Positions 37,078-46,525 of a stretch of DNA of 64,000 bases are shown here, piece by piece. Under the pieces are notes generated by a model that was given only the letters and a program-made list of their open reading frames with translations, was not told the origin of the DNA and did no database searches. The stretch comes from an uncultured Eubacteriales bacterium. GTDB taxonomy: Bacteria; Bacillota; Clostridia; Oscillospirales; UBA644. The position numbers were made by a program, and so were the translations under genes. The stretch is from the NCBI GenBank assembly GCA_900547165.1, contig URFZ01000003.1:30997-94996 (forward strand), in the 5' to 3' direction. Every line of letters starts with the position of its first letter. Position 1 is the first letter of the stretch.

Positions 37078-37105
37078 CAGAGTCGTGTCGCTCGGCACGA
37101 CTCTG
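37078..37105 (+). terminator. 10-bp hairpin between the repeat-protein gene and the response regulator
   Basis: cagagtcgtg-tcgctcgg-cacgactctg. The U-tract is weak (gcttatt), so this is probably a partial terminator. Confidence 0.5.
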
Positions 37106-37124
37106 GCTTATTGACGGAGGCTTT

Positions 37125-37826
37125 ATGAAACAGCTCATCTATATCGCGGAAGACGAAAAGAACATAAGAGAAACACTTCGGAGTTTTCTCGAAAACGACG
37201 GATACGAGGTTTGCGCGTTTGAAACAGGCGACGCGCTTTTAAGCGCGTTTTCCAAAAGACGCGCCGACCTCGTAATTTTGGATATAATGATGCCCGGCAC
37301 AGACGGGCTGACCTGCTGCCGTATTATTAGGGAAAAGGACAAGGTTCCCATAGTTCTGCTGACGGCAAAGGATACCGAATATGACTATGTCAACGGCATT
37401 CTTCAGGGTGGGGACGACTATCTGACAAAGCCTTTTCGTCCGACCGTGCTTCTGATGAGGGTAAAAGCGCTCCTGCGCCGCGTTGAAATGGAGCGCGGAG
37501 GCAATCCGATGGACAGAGATGTTACCGTTGGAGATCTTCGCTTTTCTGGAGCGGAGAAACAGCTTTTCTGTAAAGGAAAGATCGTTTCTCTTTCTCCGAA
37601 CGAAATGAAAATGCTCCTGTTTTTGATGCACAACGAGGGAAAAGCTTTGTCGCGCGACGAATTGCTCAATCAAATCTGGGGCTATAATGATGAAGTGGAA
37701 ACGAGAGTGACCGATGAAACCCTGCGCCGCATACGAAGCAAGCTTTCCGCGGCAGACAGTGACATATTGATAGAAACTGTTTGGGGTTACGGTTATCGAT
37801 TGCGATCGAAAGGGGACGGGGTATGA
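37125..37826 (+). CDS. OmpR-family response regulator
   Basis: Receiver domain (DLVILDIMMPGTDG, LLTAK) plus a winged-helix trans_reg_C domain (LSPNEMKMLLFLM...VWGYGYRL). Confidence 0.9.
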   Translation: MKQLIYIAEDEKNIRETLRSFLENDGYEVCAFETGDALLSAFSKRRADLVILDIMMPGTDGLTCCRIIREKDKVPIVLLTAKDTEYDYVNGILQGGDDYLTKPFRPTVLLMRVKALLRRVEMERGGNPMDRDVTVGDLRFSGAEKQLFCKGKIVSLSPNEMKMLLFLMHNEGKALSRDELLNQIWGYNDEVETRVTDETLRRIRSKLSAADSDILIETVWGYGYRLRSKGDGV

Positions 37827-39022
37827 GGCATATCAGAAGAAAAATAACGCTTGCCGTTCTCGGCACGATGCTTATCGTCTTTTTAACGCTGCTGACCACG
37901 GTCAACGTTTTAATTCCCGAATACCTGACGGCGGAGGCGCGAAAAGCCATACTTCTGGAAGATGAACGCAAGTCTCCGGTTCCTTTTGACAAAGCGAAAG
38001 ACGAAGAAGAAGATGATGAGGAGGACGAGGAGCATTTTCTTACTCCGAGCGTCCGATACCTTGAAATCGAAGGGGAACTTTTTGAGCCCGAGCATCTCTC
38101 AAAAGCCGAATATCAACTTAGGGATTACTGTCGCAAAGAGAAGCCTGCCGCCGACGAATTTCATACGCTGAAAACCGGCGGCAGCCGCTTTGTGTTCCGC
38201 ATAACAAGAGGTGAGGACGACGGACACAACGACGCGTTTTCATACATACTTTACGTCGATATTGGCGCGGTAATGCAATATGCGGATTACCTGAATGCCG
38301 CGTTTTTTGCGATACTTGTCGTTTTGACAGTTCTTGTATGTCTCTTTGGGTGGAACCTCGGAGGGTATGTGGAAAAAGCGCACGAATCGCAGAAATGGTT
38401 TTTTCAGAACGTATCGCACGAACTTAAAACGCCGATGATGGCGGTTCAGGGCTGCGCGGAGGGAATCCATACCGGCGTTTTGGAGCCAAAGGAAGCGTCA
38501 AGAATCATTCTTGAAGAAAACGAACAGATGTCCCACCTGATTGAGGAGCTTCTTGCGCTCTCACGTTTGGAGGCGGGGCAGTTTAAGTCGGACTTTCATT
38601 CGGCGGATGCGAGAGAGCTTCTCTATGACTGTCTGCGCGGCGCGGAGCATATTGCGGAACAAAAAAAACTGCGTATTACGCCGTGCTTTGCGGACAAACC
38701 CGTTTTGGTAAACTGCGATGAAATACAGCTTCGCCGCGCTTTCACAAACATTATCTCAAACGCTCTGCGCTACGCAAAAAGCGATATCCGGTTAGAATGC
38801 GCGGAAGAAAAAGGCAAAGCCGTTATCCGCATACGCGACGACGGCGAAGGCATTGAGCCCGAACTTCTTCCCCATATTTTCGACCGTTTTTTCAGCGCCC
38901 GCAAGGACGGAACGGGGATAGGTCTTGCCCTTGTAAAGGAAATTGTGACAATGCACAAGGGCACGGTACGCGCGACGAACGACAACGGAGCCGTGTTTGA
39001 GATCATTCTGCCCGTTAAATAA
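37823..39022 (+). CDS. Sensor histidine kinase
   Basis: The ATG at 37823 overlaps the regulator stop (ATGA). Two TM helices flank a loop containing an acidic run (DEEEDDEEDEEH). H-box SHELKTPMM, N-box ISNALRYA, G-boxes DDGEGI and GTGIGLALVKEI. Confidence 0.9.
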   Translation: MRHIRRKITLAVLGTMLIVFLTLLTTVNVLIPEYLTAEARKAILLEDERKSPVPFDKAKDEEEDDEEDEEHFLTPSVRYLEIEGELFEPEHLSKAEYQLRDYCRKEKPAADEFHTLKTGGSRFVFRITRGEDDGHNDAFSYILYVDIGAVMQYADYLNAAFFAILVVLTVLVCLFGWNLGGYVEKAHESQKWFFQNVSHELKTPMMAVQGCAEGIHTGVLEPKEASRIILEENEQMSHLIEELLALSRLEAGQFKSDFHSADARELLYDCLRGAEHIAEQKKLRITPCFADKPVLVNCDEIQLRRAFTNIISNALRYAKSDIRLECAEEKGKAVIRIRDDGEGIEPELLPHIFDRFFSARKDGTGIGLALVKEIVTMHKGTVRATNDNGAVFEIILPVK

Positions 39023-39117
39023 ACGGGAAAACTTTACGGTCGGAGTTTACCGACGACTTTTCACGGAAATAATATTACTATGGTTAATAAAAATTCACAG
39101 CGAAAGGAACACCTTTT

Positions 39118-39708
39118 ATGAAAAAGATTCTTACTCTTACCATTGCTGCCGTTTTGGTATTTTCTCTCGTCTCCTGTGCGAAAAAAGACAAAGAAGACGT
39201 CACAACGGGAACTTCCGCGGCGGATGTTCAGAAAAACGGTCCCAAAAGCGCATTGGAAATACTTGAAACCGTATGGAAAAAGTATTCGGCGGACGACAAA
39301 TTTGCGGCAATGGGAGGCTCCGAGAAGAATATGAAGGAAGACGCTCCCGGTAAATTCGATCTCGGAGACGCGGAAGCCCTCGATTTCGAGCTCGGTTTCC
39401 CGAAAGCGGAAGTCGGCAAACTGGACGATGCCGCCTCGCTTCTGCATATGCTGAATCAAAACACTTTTACCTGCGGCGTATATCACGTCAAAAATTCCGC
39501 TGACATAGAAGCTCTTGCCGCCAAAATCAAAGACAATATTCTTGCGCGCAATTGGATGTGCGGTTTTCCCGAAAAACTTGTTATAATGACCGTCGGCGAT
39601 TATATCGTTTCTGTTTTCGGTGCCGCTGAGCTTATAAGCACCTTTACCGCAAAGCTCACTGATTCATACGGTTCCGTAAGACAGCTTTTCGATGTTCCCA
39701 TCGCGTAA
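39118..39708 (+). CDS. Lipoprotein of unknown function
   Basis: Lipobox SLVSC. No motif I can assign. Positioned immediately upstream of the MBOAT gene. Confidence 0.7.
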   Translation: MKKILTLTIAAVLVFSLVSCAKKDKEDVTTGTSAADVQKNGPKSALEILETVWKKYSADDKFAAMGGSEKNMKEDAPGKFDLGDAEALDFELGFPKAEVGKLDDAASLLHMLNQNTFTCGVYHVKNSADIEALAAKIKDNILARNWMCGFPEKLVIMTVGDYIVSVFGAAELISTFTAKLTDSYGSVRQLFDVPIA

Positions 39709-39717
39709 AAAAGAACT

Positions 39718-41115
39718 ATGTTGTTTTCAAGTATAACGTTTTTGTACTGCTTTTTACCGTGCGTTCTGCTTGTATATTTCGTTGTTCCCGACCGTCTGAA
39801 AAACTTTACTCTTCTTGCGGCGAGTCTGATTTTCTACGGTTGGGGAGAACCGAAATATCTTGTTTTTATGCTCTTATCGGTGACGCAGTCATATATCGCC
39901 GCTCTTTTGGTAGAGCGTTTTCGCGGAAAAAAACTCGCGAAACTTGCGCTTGCTCTTTCAGCTGTCGCAAGTCTCGGTCTGCTGGCGTACTGCAAGTATG
40001 CAGACTTTTTTATCGAAAATTTCAATGCGGTAACGGGTCTTTCCGTGCCGCTCCTGAATATTGCGCTGCCCGTCGGCATCAGTTTTTATACATTTCAGAT
40101 TTTAAGTTATGTTGTGGACGTTTATCGCGGCGATGTTCCCGCGCAGCGTAATTTTATCGATCTCGCAATGTATATTGCGATGTTTCCGCAACTGATTGCA
40201 GGTCCGATCGTTCGCTATTCCGACATTGCGGGAAGCCTGAAAAACCGAAAGACTACGCTTGCCGACGCATCAGAGGGAATCAGGCGTTTTTCAATCGGAC
40301 TCGCAAAAAAAATTCTTCTTGCAAATTCCGCGGCGCTGCTCGTATCCGAATTTAAGGCGTACAATGAAAAAACCGTGCTGTTCTATTGGCTGTACGCTTT
40401 GGCGTATATGCTGCACATTTATTTTGATTTTTCGGGATATTCTGATATGGCGATAGGCTTGGGACGAATCTTCGGCTTCCGATTTTCCGAAAACTTCAAT
40501 TATCCGTATATTTCCGCAAGTATCACGGAGTTTTGGCGCCGCTGGCACATTTCTCTCGGCGGTTGGTTCCGCGACTATCTTTATATTCCGCTCGGCGGAA
40601 ACCGCGTAAAGCCTTTCAGACACGTCATTAACATTCTTATCGTTTGGGCGGCTACGGGCTTCTGGCACGGAGCATCGTGGAATTTTGTGTTGTGGGGGAT
40701 TCTCTACGCGGCGCTTTTACTGTTTGAAAAGTATGTTTTACATCCGAAGATACGGTTTGCGGTGCCGATGCATATTTATACGCTGCTGTTTGTCATGCTC
40801 GGATTTGTCCTGTTTGACTCGGCAAGCGTCACGGACGCGTTCGCAAGTTTCAAGGCGCTGTTCGGCTTCGGCGGAATCCCCGCCGCTGATACCGCCTCGC
40901 TGTATTATCTGAAAAGCAACATCGTGCTGCTTGTTGTCGCCGTAATCGGCGCGACGCCTTTACCGAAACTTCTTTACGAAAAAATCGGTTTACGAAAATA
41001 CGGCGGTAAAATTCTTGCGGTCGTAACACCGTTGGCGGCGCTCGCCTCCGTTGCGTTATGCACGGCGTATCTTATCGACGGATCGTTTAACCCGTTTGTT
41101 TATTTCAGATTTTAA
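39718..41115 (+). CDS. MBOAT-family membrane O-acyltransferase (AlgI/DltB-like)
   Basis: Polytopic, with the MBOAT core (FDFSGYSDMAIGLGRIFGF, EFWRRWHISLGGWFRDYLYIPLGGNR, catalytic His context). Confidence 0.9.
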   Translation: MLFSSITFLYCFLPCVLLVYFVVPDRLKNFTLLAASLIFYGWGEPKYLVFMLLSVTQSYIAALLVERFRGKKLAKLALALSAVASLGLLAYCKYADFFIENFNAVTGLSVPLLNIALPVGISFYTFQILSYVVDVYRGDVPAQRNFIDLAMYIAMFPQLIAGPIVRYSDIAGSLKNRKTTLADASEGIRRFSIGLAKKILLANSAALLVSEFKAYNEKTVLFYWLYALAYMLHIYFDFSGYSDMAIGLGRIFGFRFSENFNYPYISASITEFWRRWHISLGGWFRDYLYIPLGGNRVKPFRHVINILIVWAATGFWHGASWNFVLWGILYAALLLFEKYVLHPKIRFAVPMHIYTLLFVMLGFVLFDSASVTDAFASFKALFGFGGIPAADTASLYYLKSNIVLLVVAVIGATPLPKLLYEKIGLRKYGGKILAVVTPLAALASVALCTAYLIDGSFNPFVYFRF

Positions 41116-41150
41116 CTTACTTTTCCGCACATATTTATAAAGGGTACACT

Positions 41151-42251
41151 ATGAAAAAAATCCAACAAATACTGACTTTGACGTTACCTCTCGGTTTTAT
41201 CGCCGTTTTTGCCGTTTGGTTTCTGCTTTCGCCGGAGGTTGACGAATCGCGAACCGAAAGGCGGCTTCTTGCAAAACGTCCGACGCTGTCTTTTTCATCC
41301 GTTGCCGACGGAAGTTTTATGAACGGCTTTGAAAAATACATGCTTGACCAGTTTCCCATGCGAGACGGTTTTCGAACGTTGAAAGCCGTCGCCGCCACAA
41401 AAGTGTTTGCGCAGAAAGATAATAACGGGCTGTATTCCGTCGGCGACCATCTCGCAAAGCTTGATTTTCCGACAAAACCGTCGTCCGTCGATCATGCAGC
41501 GCAACGTTTTCGGTATGTCTATGAAAACTACCTTAACAAACACGAAATAAAAACATATCTGAGCGTAATTCCCGACAAAAACACCTTTCTCGCCTCAAAA
41601 AACGGCTATCCTGATAAAGACTTCAACGAGATTGTATCCCGTTTGCGCAAGAACTTTCCCGAAGCCGGTTATATTGATATTTTCGGGCTTCTTTCAGCCG
41701 ATGATTTCTATTTTACGGACTTGCATTGGCGACAGGAAAAAATACTGGATGTCGCCGCCGAAATCTCGAGAAAAATGGGGGCGAAACCTATCGGAGAATA
41801 TGAAACGCACGATGCGGGAATCAATTTTTACGGGGTTTCCTACGGGCAGGCAGCGTTGCCGCACGCGGCTGAACGGCTAAAATATATCGACAATGCCGTT
41901 ATACGCGGATTGAAAGTATATAATGCCGAAACCGCGTCGGAGATTCCTGTTTACGACCTTAAAGCGGCTGCGGGACGCGACCCGTACGAGATGTTTCTCG
42001 GCGGCGCCCGTTCGATAATCACCATCAAAAACCCGTCTGCCGAAAGAGAGCGTAAGATAGTTGTTTTCCGCGATTCGTTCGGAAGCAGTATTGCGCCGCT
42101 TCTTGCGCAGGGGTATTCCGAAATAATACTTGTCGATATTCGCTATATATCCCCGTCGGCGCTCGCAAAACTCATTGATTTTTCGCAGATCGACGACGCG
42201 CTTTTCCTGTACTCCGCATCGGTCATCAACAACAGCGAAACGATTAAATAA
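41151..42251 (+). CDS. DHHW-family (AlgX/AlgJ-like SGNH) extracytoplasmic acyltransferase partner
   Basis: N-terminal anchor. FYFTDLHW (a variant of the DHHW motif). Usual pairing with an MBOAT gene. Confidence 0.75.
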   Translation: MKKIQQILTLTLPLGFIAVFAVWFLLSPEVDESRTERRLLAKRPTLSFSSVADGSFMNGFEKYMLDQFPMRDGFRTLKAVAATKVFAQKDNNGLYSVGDHLAKLDFPTKPSSVDHAAQRFRYVYENYLNKHEIKTYLSVIPDKNTFLASKNGYPDKDFNEIVSRLRKNFPEAGYIDIFGLLSADDFYFTDLHWRQEKILDVAAEISRKMGAKPIGEYETHDAGINFYGVSYGQAALPHAAERLKYIDNAVIRGLKVYNAETASEIPVYDLKAAAGRDPYEMFLGGARSIITIKNPSAERERKIVVFRDSFGSSIAPLLAQGYSEIILVDIRYISPSALAKLIDFSQIDDALFLYSASVINNSETIK

Positions 42252-42320
42252 GAACCGCATATCCACCAAAAGAGGAAAGCCCGTCACAAAGATTCAGTTT
42301 AATTACCCCGAAAAGGGAAG

Positions 42321-42354
42321 GAGGCTGTAAAAACCGCAAGGTTTTTACAGCCTC
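42321..42354. terminator. Bidirectional 15-bp hairpin with GCAA loop
   Basis: gaggctgtaaaaacc-gcaa-ggtttttacagcctc, between convergent genes. Confidence 0.75.
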
Positions 42355-42394
42355 TGATTTATTTCAAAACCGAAATATTTGCCGACCGAAAAAC

Positions 42395-42802
42395 TCAATT
42401 ACAAAGCTCATCGTTATATCCGTCGGGTAAAATCTCCGAAATATACGCCTTTGTTCCGAAGGATTTATTGAAAAAGCGAAGCCCGATATAATAGGGGATA
42501 AGCAGGGCGATCGCAAAAATAACAAGCCAACGGTGAAGAAGAAACAGAGCATATCCTGCCGCAAGTATTAAGAGCGGCGTAAGAAACATATACGCCAGAA
42601 CGCCGAGCGCCGAACCGTCATTTTCGATATAAACGCGAACGGTATCACCGATTTTTGCGCCAACGGTGTTCGGAACATTCATTCTTATTTCTTTTTTATT
42701 GCAGACGGATGCCGTCGGACAATGCTCGCACGACGCGGGTCGTTTGGTTCTGACAACAACCGTGTTGCCTTTGATTTTTTCAACAGTTCCGACAACGGTC
42801 AT
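42395..42802 (-). CDS. RseC/MucC-family (SoxR-reducing system component-like) membrane protein
   Basis: N-terminal Cys-containing beta domain (VVVRTKRPASCEHCPTASVC) followed by two TM helices. Confidence 0.7.
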   Translation of the reverse strand: MTVVGTVEKIKGNTVVVRTKRPASCEHCPTASVCNKKEIRMNVPNTVGAKIGDTVRVYIENDGSALGVLAYMFLTPLLILAAGYALFLLHRWLVIFAIALLIPYYIGLRFFNKSFGTKAYISEILPDGYNDELCN

Positions 42803-44322
42803 ATGTTTCTCTCCAATATAGCTTCCGCAACTTTTATTCCGTCTACGGCTGAACTTGTTATACCGCCGGAATAGCCCGCACCCTCACCGCAGGGGTAAAG
42901 TCCCGCACAACCGACGGATTCAAGCGTTTGCGGATTGCGGAGAATACGCAGGGGAGCAGAGGTTCTTGTTTCAACACCTGTCAGAACAGCCTGTCCGTCG
43001 CTGTAAATCCGTTTTCCGAACTCTATAAGACCTGTTTTGAGCATATCCGAAACAGACTTCGGAAACAGAGTGTTAAAGTCACAAAACTCCGTTCCGGGTA
43101 AAAATGTGGGTTTGATATGTCCGAAACTTTTTGATGTATCGTCGTTCAAGAAATCTTTAAGCAGGGAAGCGGGAGCTTTGCCGTTTCCGAGACGAAAAGC
43201 GGTTTGTTCCAACTTACATTGAAAATCAAGACCTTTTTGCGGACTGTCAAACGAGACGGAAGCAAGCATTGCGGAGTTTGCGTTTCTGCCGTCTCTTGCG
43301 TGATAACTCATTCCGTTTGTTACTGTTCCGTCGGGCTCCGATGAAGCATTGATGACGTAGCCGCCGGGACACATGCAGAATGTGTACGCAGCACAGCCTT
43401 TCGCCTTATCAAAAACTTTTGAGAATGAATAATCCGCGGCAGGCAGCATATCCGCAAAATCACCGTACATGGCATGATTGATATCTTCCTGCAAATGTTC
43501 CATACGAAAACCGACAGAAAACGGTTTAGGCGCGATTTGAAGAGGCTGTTCAAGCAGCATACGGTATGTGTCACGCGCGCCGTTTCCCACGGCGAGAACA
43601 CAGATACCGCAGTTGTACCGTTCGCCGTTAAGAAATACGCTGTTTATCCTATTTTCCGAAAGATCAAGTCCGGTCAGTTTTGTCTGAAAACGGACTTCGC
43701 CGCCGAGACGTATTATTTCTTTTCGCATATTGCGAACAACTTTTCGGAGAATGTCGGTTCCGACGTGAGGTTTTGCATTTTTGAGAATATCGGGGTCTGC
43801 GCCGAACCTCACAAACGTTTCCAGCACAAAGCGGCATCTCGGATCTGTTATCCTTGTTACAAGTTTGCCGTCGGAAAAAGAGCCTGCTCCGCCTTCGCCG
43901 AACTGAACGTTTGAATCAGGGCAGATTGCGCCGCCGTTCCAGAACATTTGAACATCCTCCGCTCGGCGGTCAACGTCTTTACCGCGCTCAACAATTATGG
44001 GCTTTGCGCCGTTAAGCGCCAGTATATATGCGCAAAAAAGCCCCGCGGGTCCCATGCCGACAACAAGCGGGCGCGCACTCTTATATGCTTTTTCGGGAGA
44101 AAATGAATAATCGCAAGTATTAACGGCATTCGGAATGTCATCCGCCGTTTCTATCACAAAGGAATATACGTATTTTATGTCCGACCGTTTTCTTGCGTCG
44201 ATTGACTTCCTGTATACGGAAACGGGTACGGAAACATCAAGTCCGAGTTTTTTCCGTACCCGTTCGATAACAGAAGCCTCAGCCTCGCGAACGGAGGCGG
44301 ATATGCCCTGTATTATTTTCAT
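42799..44322 (-). CDS. FAD-dependent dehydrogenase of the uncharacterised COG2509-like type
   Basis: N-terminus IDARKRSDIKYVYSFVIE, dinucleotide fold VVGMGPAGLFCAYILA and a C-terminal GEGAGYSGGITSSAVDG. Confidence 0.75.
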   Translation of the reverse strand: MKIIQGISASVREAEASVIERVRKKLGLDVSVPVSVYRKSIDARKRSDIKYVYSFVIETADDIPNAVNTCDYSFSPEKAYKSARPLVVGMGPAGLFCAYILALNGAKPIIVERGKDVDRRAEDVQMFWNGGAICPDSNVQFGEGGAGSFSDGKLVTRITDPRCRFVLETFVRFGADPDILKNAKPHVGTDILRKVVRNMRKEIIRLGGEVRFQTKLTGLDLSENRINSVFLNGERYNCGICVLAVGNGARDTYRMLLEQPLQIAPKPFSVGFRMEHLQEDINHAMYGDFADMLPAADYSFSKVFDKAKGCAAYTFCMCPGGYVINASSEPDGTVTNGMSYHARDGRNANSAMLASVSFDSPQKGLDFQCKLEQTAFRLGNGKAPASLLKDFLNDDTSKSFGHIKPTFLPGTEFCDFNTLFPKSVSDMLKTGLIEFGKRIYSDGQAVLTGVETRTSAPLRILRNPQTLESVGCAGLYPCGEGAGYSGGITSSAVDGIKVAEAILERNI

Positions 44323-45584
44323 TGCAGTTCCACGCTTACATAGTATTTATCAAGAATTCCCACGGGAACCCCGGATTTATTCGTTATAACGACTCTGTAT
44401 TGTCCGCGCTCGTTCTTTTCGTTGAAGTTTATCGAATAGTGCAGGGAATTTATCGTTATATCATTGATTTTGTTTGAACGAACTTTTACATTCAGTTTTT
44501 GCGATGTAACATGTGCCGTCGCGCCGTTCGGCGTTTGCGTATATGTGAACAAATCGTTCATTTCACTTTGTGTCAAAACCAAAGTTTTGGTATGCGCTCC
44601 GTTCAGTTGAACTGTGACGGAAACCGAGTTGTCGGGAGCTACAAACGTTACGCCATCAATCGTCGGGTAAATCATTTCAATTGTTCTGGAACCTGTCCCG
44701 AGTTCGGAAACGTCAAACTGACCGAGACTTATTCTGTCACCGAGTGCATCAAGCGTTTCTTCGTCGCCCTGAACCGTTACCGTTGCCGGATCGCAGATTA
44801 TGTTTGCATACGAACTTTCGTCACCGCCGTATATGTTCACAACGTCAACAGTCAACGGAAGCGTTCGCCTGTATACAACTTTTAACTTTGTCTGAATCTC
44901 GTTTACATCAAGCGTCAGATATTTCATTTCAACGGGGTTTCCGTCTTTATCAAAAAGGGAAATCGCCGACTGCGTATTGATGTCGGTATTGCTGAGAGCC
45001 AGGTCAACGGTCGTGGACGCGCTTGCAATCGTTCTGACGATTTCGGCAGGGCCGGTAACCGTGACCTTTTTCGGAGTTATGTTTTCCTCAACCGCCTCAT
45101 ATCCGTCCGCAAGGGAGTTTTCATATTTGACTCCGACATCAAGCGTCTTGGCGGCTGTTTTCACAAATTCGATTTTTATGGACGAGGGACTGACGGAAGT
45201 ACATGTAACGTCGGAGTTCAGAACCGAAACGTTTACAGGCACTTCATATATACCGGCGGAAGCGATAGAATCAAAATTCAGCGTCGCAGAAATATCATCT
45301 GCATTCAAAACAAGAAGTGCGGTTCTTCCGCCCTGAACTTTTACTTCGCAGGTAAAATTGGTGTCCGTCAGAAGCATCATCAATCCGTTGTTCCCGGGAA
45401 CAGAGCCTTCGTAATGAATTTTTATCGGAACATTTCTGAACTCCGCGGAATTGGTCGGGTTTGCGTAATAAATTATTGCAAACCATGCAAAAACAGCAAG
45501 AATAACAGAAATTATCTTCAAAAACCCGTTGCGTCTGATAAGGGAAGAGAACTTGGAGGACAGTGAAGTCAGGAACTTTTTCAT
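44319..45584 (-). CDS. cdaR: YbbR-domain protein (CdaR, regulator of diadenylate cyclase)
   Basis: N-terminal TM anchor followed by four repeated YbbR-like beta domains. Positioned directly after cdaA with a 4-nt overlap. Confidence 0.8.
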   Translation of the reverse strand: MKKFLTSLSSKFSSLIRRNGFLKIISVILAVFAWFAIIYYANPTNSAEFRNVPIKIHYEGSVPGNNGLMMLLTDTNFTCEVKVQGGRTALLVLNADDISATLNFDSIASAGIYEVPVNVSVLNSDVTCTSVSPSSIKIEFVKTAAKTLDVGVKYENSLADGYEAVEENITPKKVTVTGPAEIVRTIASASTTVDLALSNTDINTQSAISLFDKDGNPVEMKYLTLDVNEIQTKLKVVYRRTLPLTVDVVNIYGGDESSYANIICDPATVTVQGDEETLDALGDRISLGQFDVSELGTGSRTIEMIYPTIDGVTFVAPDNSVSVTVQLNGAHTKTLVLTQSEMNDLFTYTQTPNGATAHVTSQKLNVKVRSNKINDITINSLHYSINFNEKNERGQYRVVITNKSGVPVGILDKYYVSVELQ

Positions 45585-46459
45585 TTGCTCTTCCTCCTCA
45601 ATTTCTTTTCCGCTTTCTCGGCAGTTGCCGCCTCTTCATGAGAGGTAAGCAGATCTTTTTTCAGTTTTGTACGCAGGGTATCCGCAGTAAAATCACGGCG
45701 CAAATCCCCCTCGCAGGCGACGGAAATTATTCCCGTTTCCTCCGAAACAACAACGACAATGGCGTCGGAAACTTCACTTATGCCTATCGCGGCTCTGTGC
45801 CTTGTTCCGAGATCGTTACCTATGCTACGCGTTGTAAGAGGCAAAAAGCAACCTGCCGCATGAATTCTGAAATCTCTGATAATAACGGCACCGTCGTGAA
45901 GCGGGGCTTTGTTGAAGAATATGTTGCAAAGAAGTTCAGCCACAATGGAACAGTCAAGAGAAATACCGGTCTTTATGATCTCGCCGAGTTTTGTCTCTCT
46001 TTCGATAACAATAAGCGCACCGGTTTTGGTCTTTGAAAGTCTGTCAACGGCATCACACAACTGATCCACCGCATAGTCGCTTTCATCAAAGTTCATCATG
46101 CGGTCTTTTTTAATCTTCGCTATGTTCAAGCCCTTTCTTCCGATGTTTTCAAGTACGCTTCGCAGTTCGGGCTGAAATACGATAAGCATTGCAAGCATGC
46201 CGTATTCAATGGTTTTATTCAGAATAAAGTGCGTGCCTGTCAATTTCAAAAGTTGCGATATATACAATAATGCAATCAGAATGATGATACCTTTCAATAA
46301 CTGTGCGGCGCGCGTGTCCTTGATGAATTTCAGGACGTAATATATCATCAGAGACAGAATCGCTATATCAAGAATATCAAGCAACAGCAACCACGGCGAC
46401 GAAATCAGATTACTGAAAAACGACCCGATATTGCTCAAAAATTCAGCCATACTCTTCAC
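45581..46459 (-). CDS. cdaA: Membrane diadenylate cyclase (c-di-AMP synthase)
   Basis: Three N-terminal TM helices plus a DAC domain (GALIVIERE, PLHDGAVII, GTRHRAAIGISEVSDAIVVVVSEETG). Confidence 0.9.
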   Translation of the reverse strand: MKSMAEFLSNIGSFFSNLISSPWLLLLDILDIAILSLMIYYVLKFIKDTRAAQLLKGIIILIALLYISQLLKLTGTHFILNKTIEYGMLAMLIVFQPELRSVLENIGRKGLNIAKIKKDRMMNFDESDYAVDQLCDAVDRLSKTKTGALIVIERETKLGEIIKTGISLDCSIVAELLCNIFFNKAPLHDGAVIIRDFRIHAAGCFLPLTTRSIGNDLGTRHRAAIGISEVSDAIVVVVSEETGIISVACEGDLRRDFTADTLRTKLKKDLLTSHEEAATAEKAEKKLRRKSK

Positions 46460-46525
46460 CCTTAAATACCGTTTATGCGGCTGTTCACCGCTCTTATTAT
46501 ATTTTAACAGTATTTATAGATAAAA

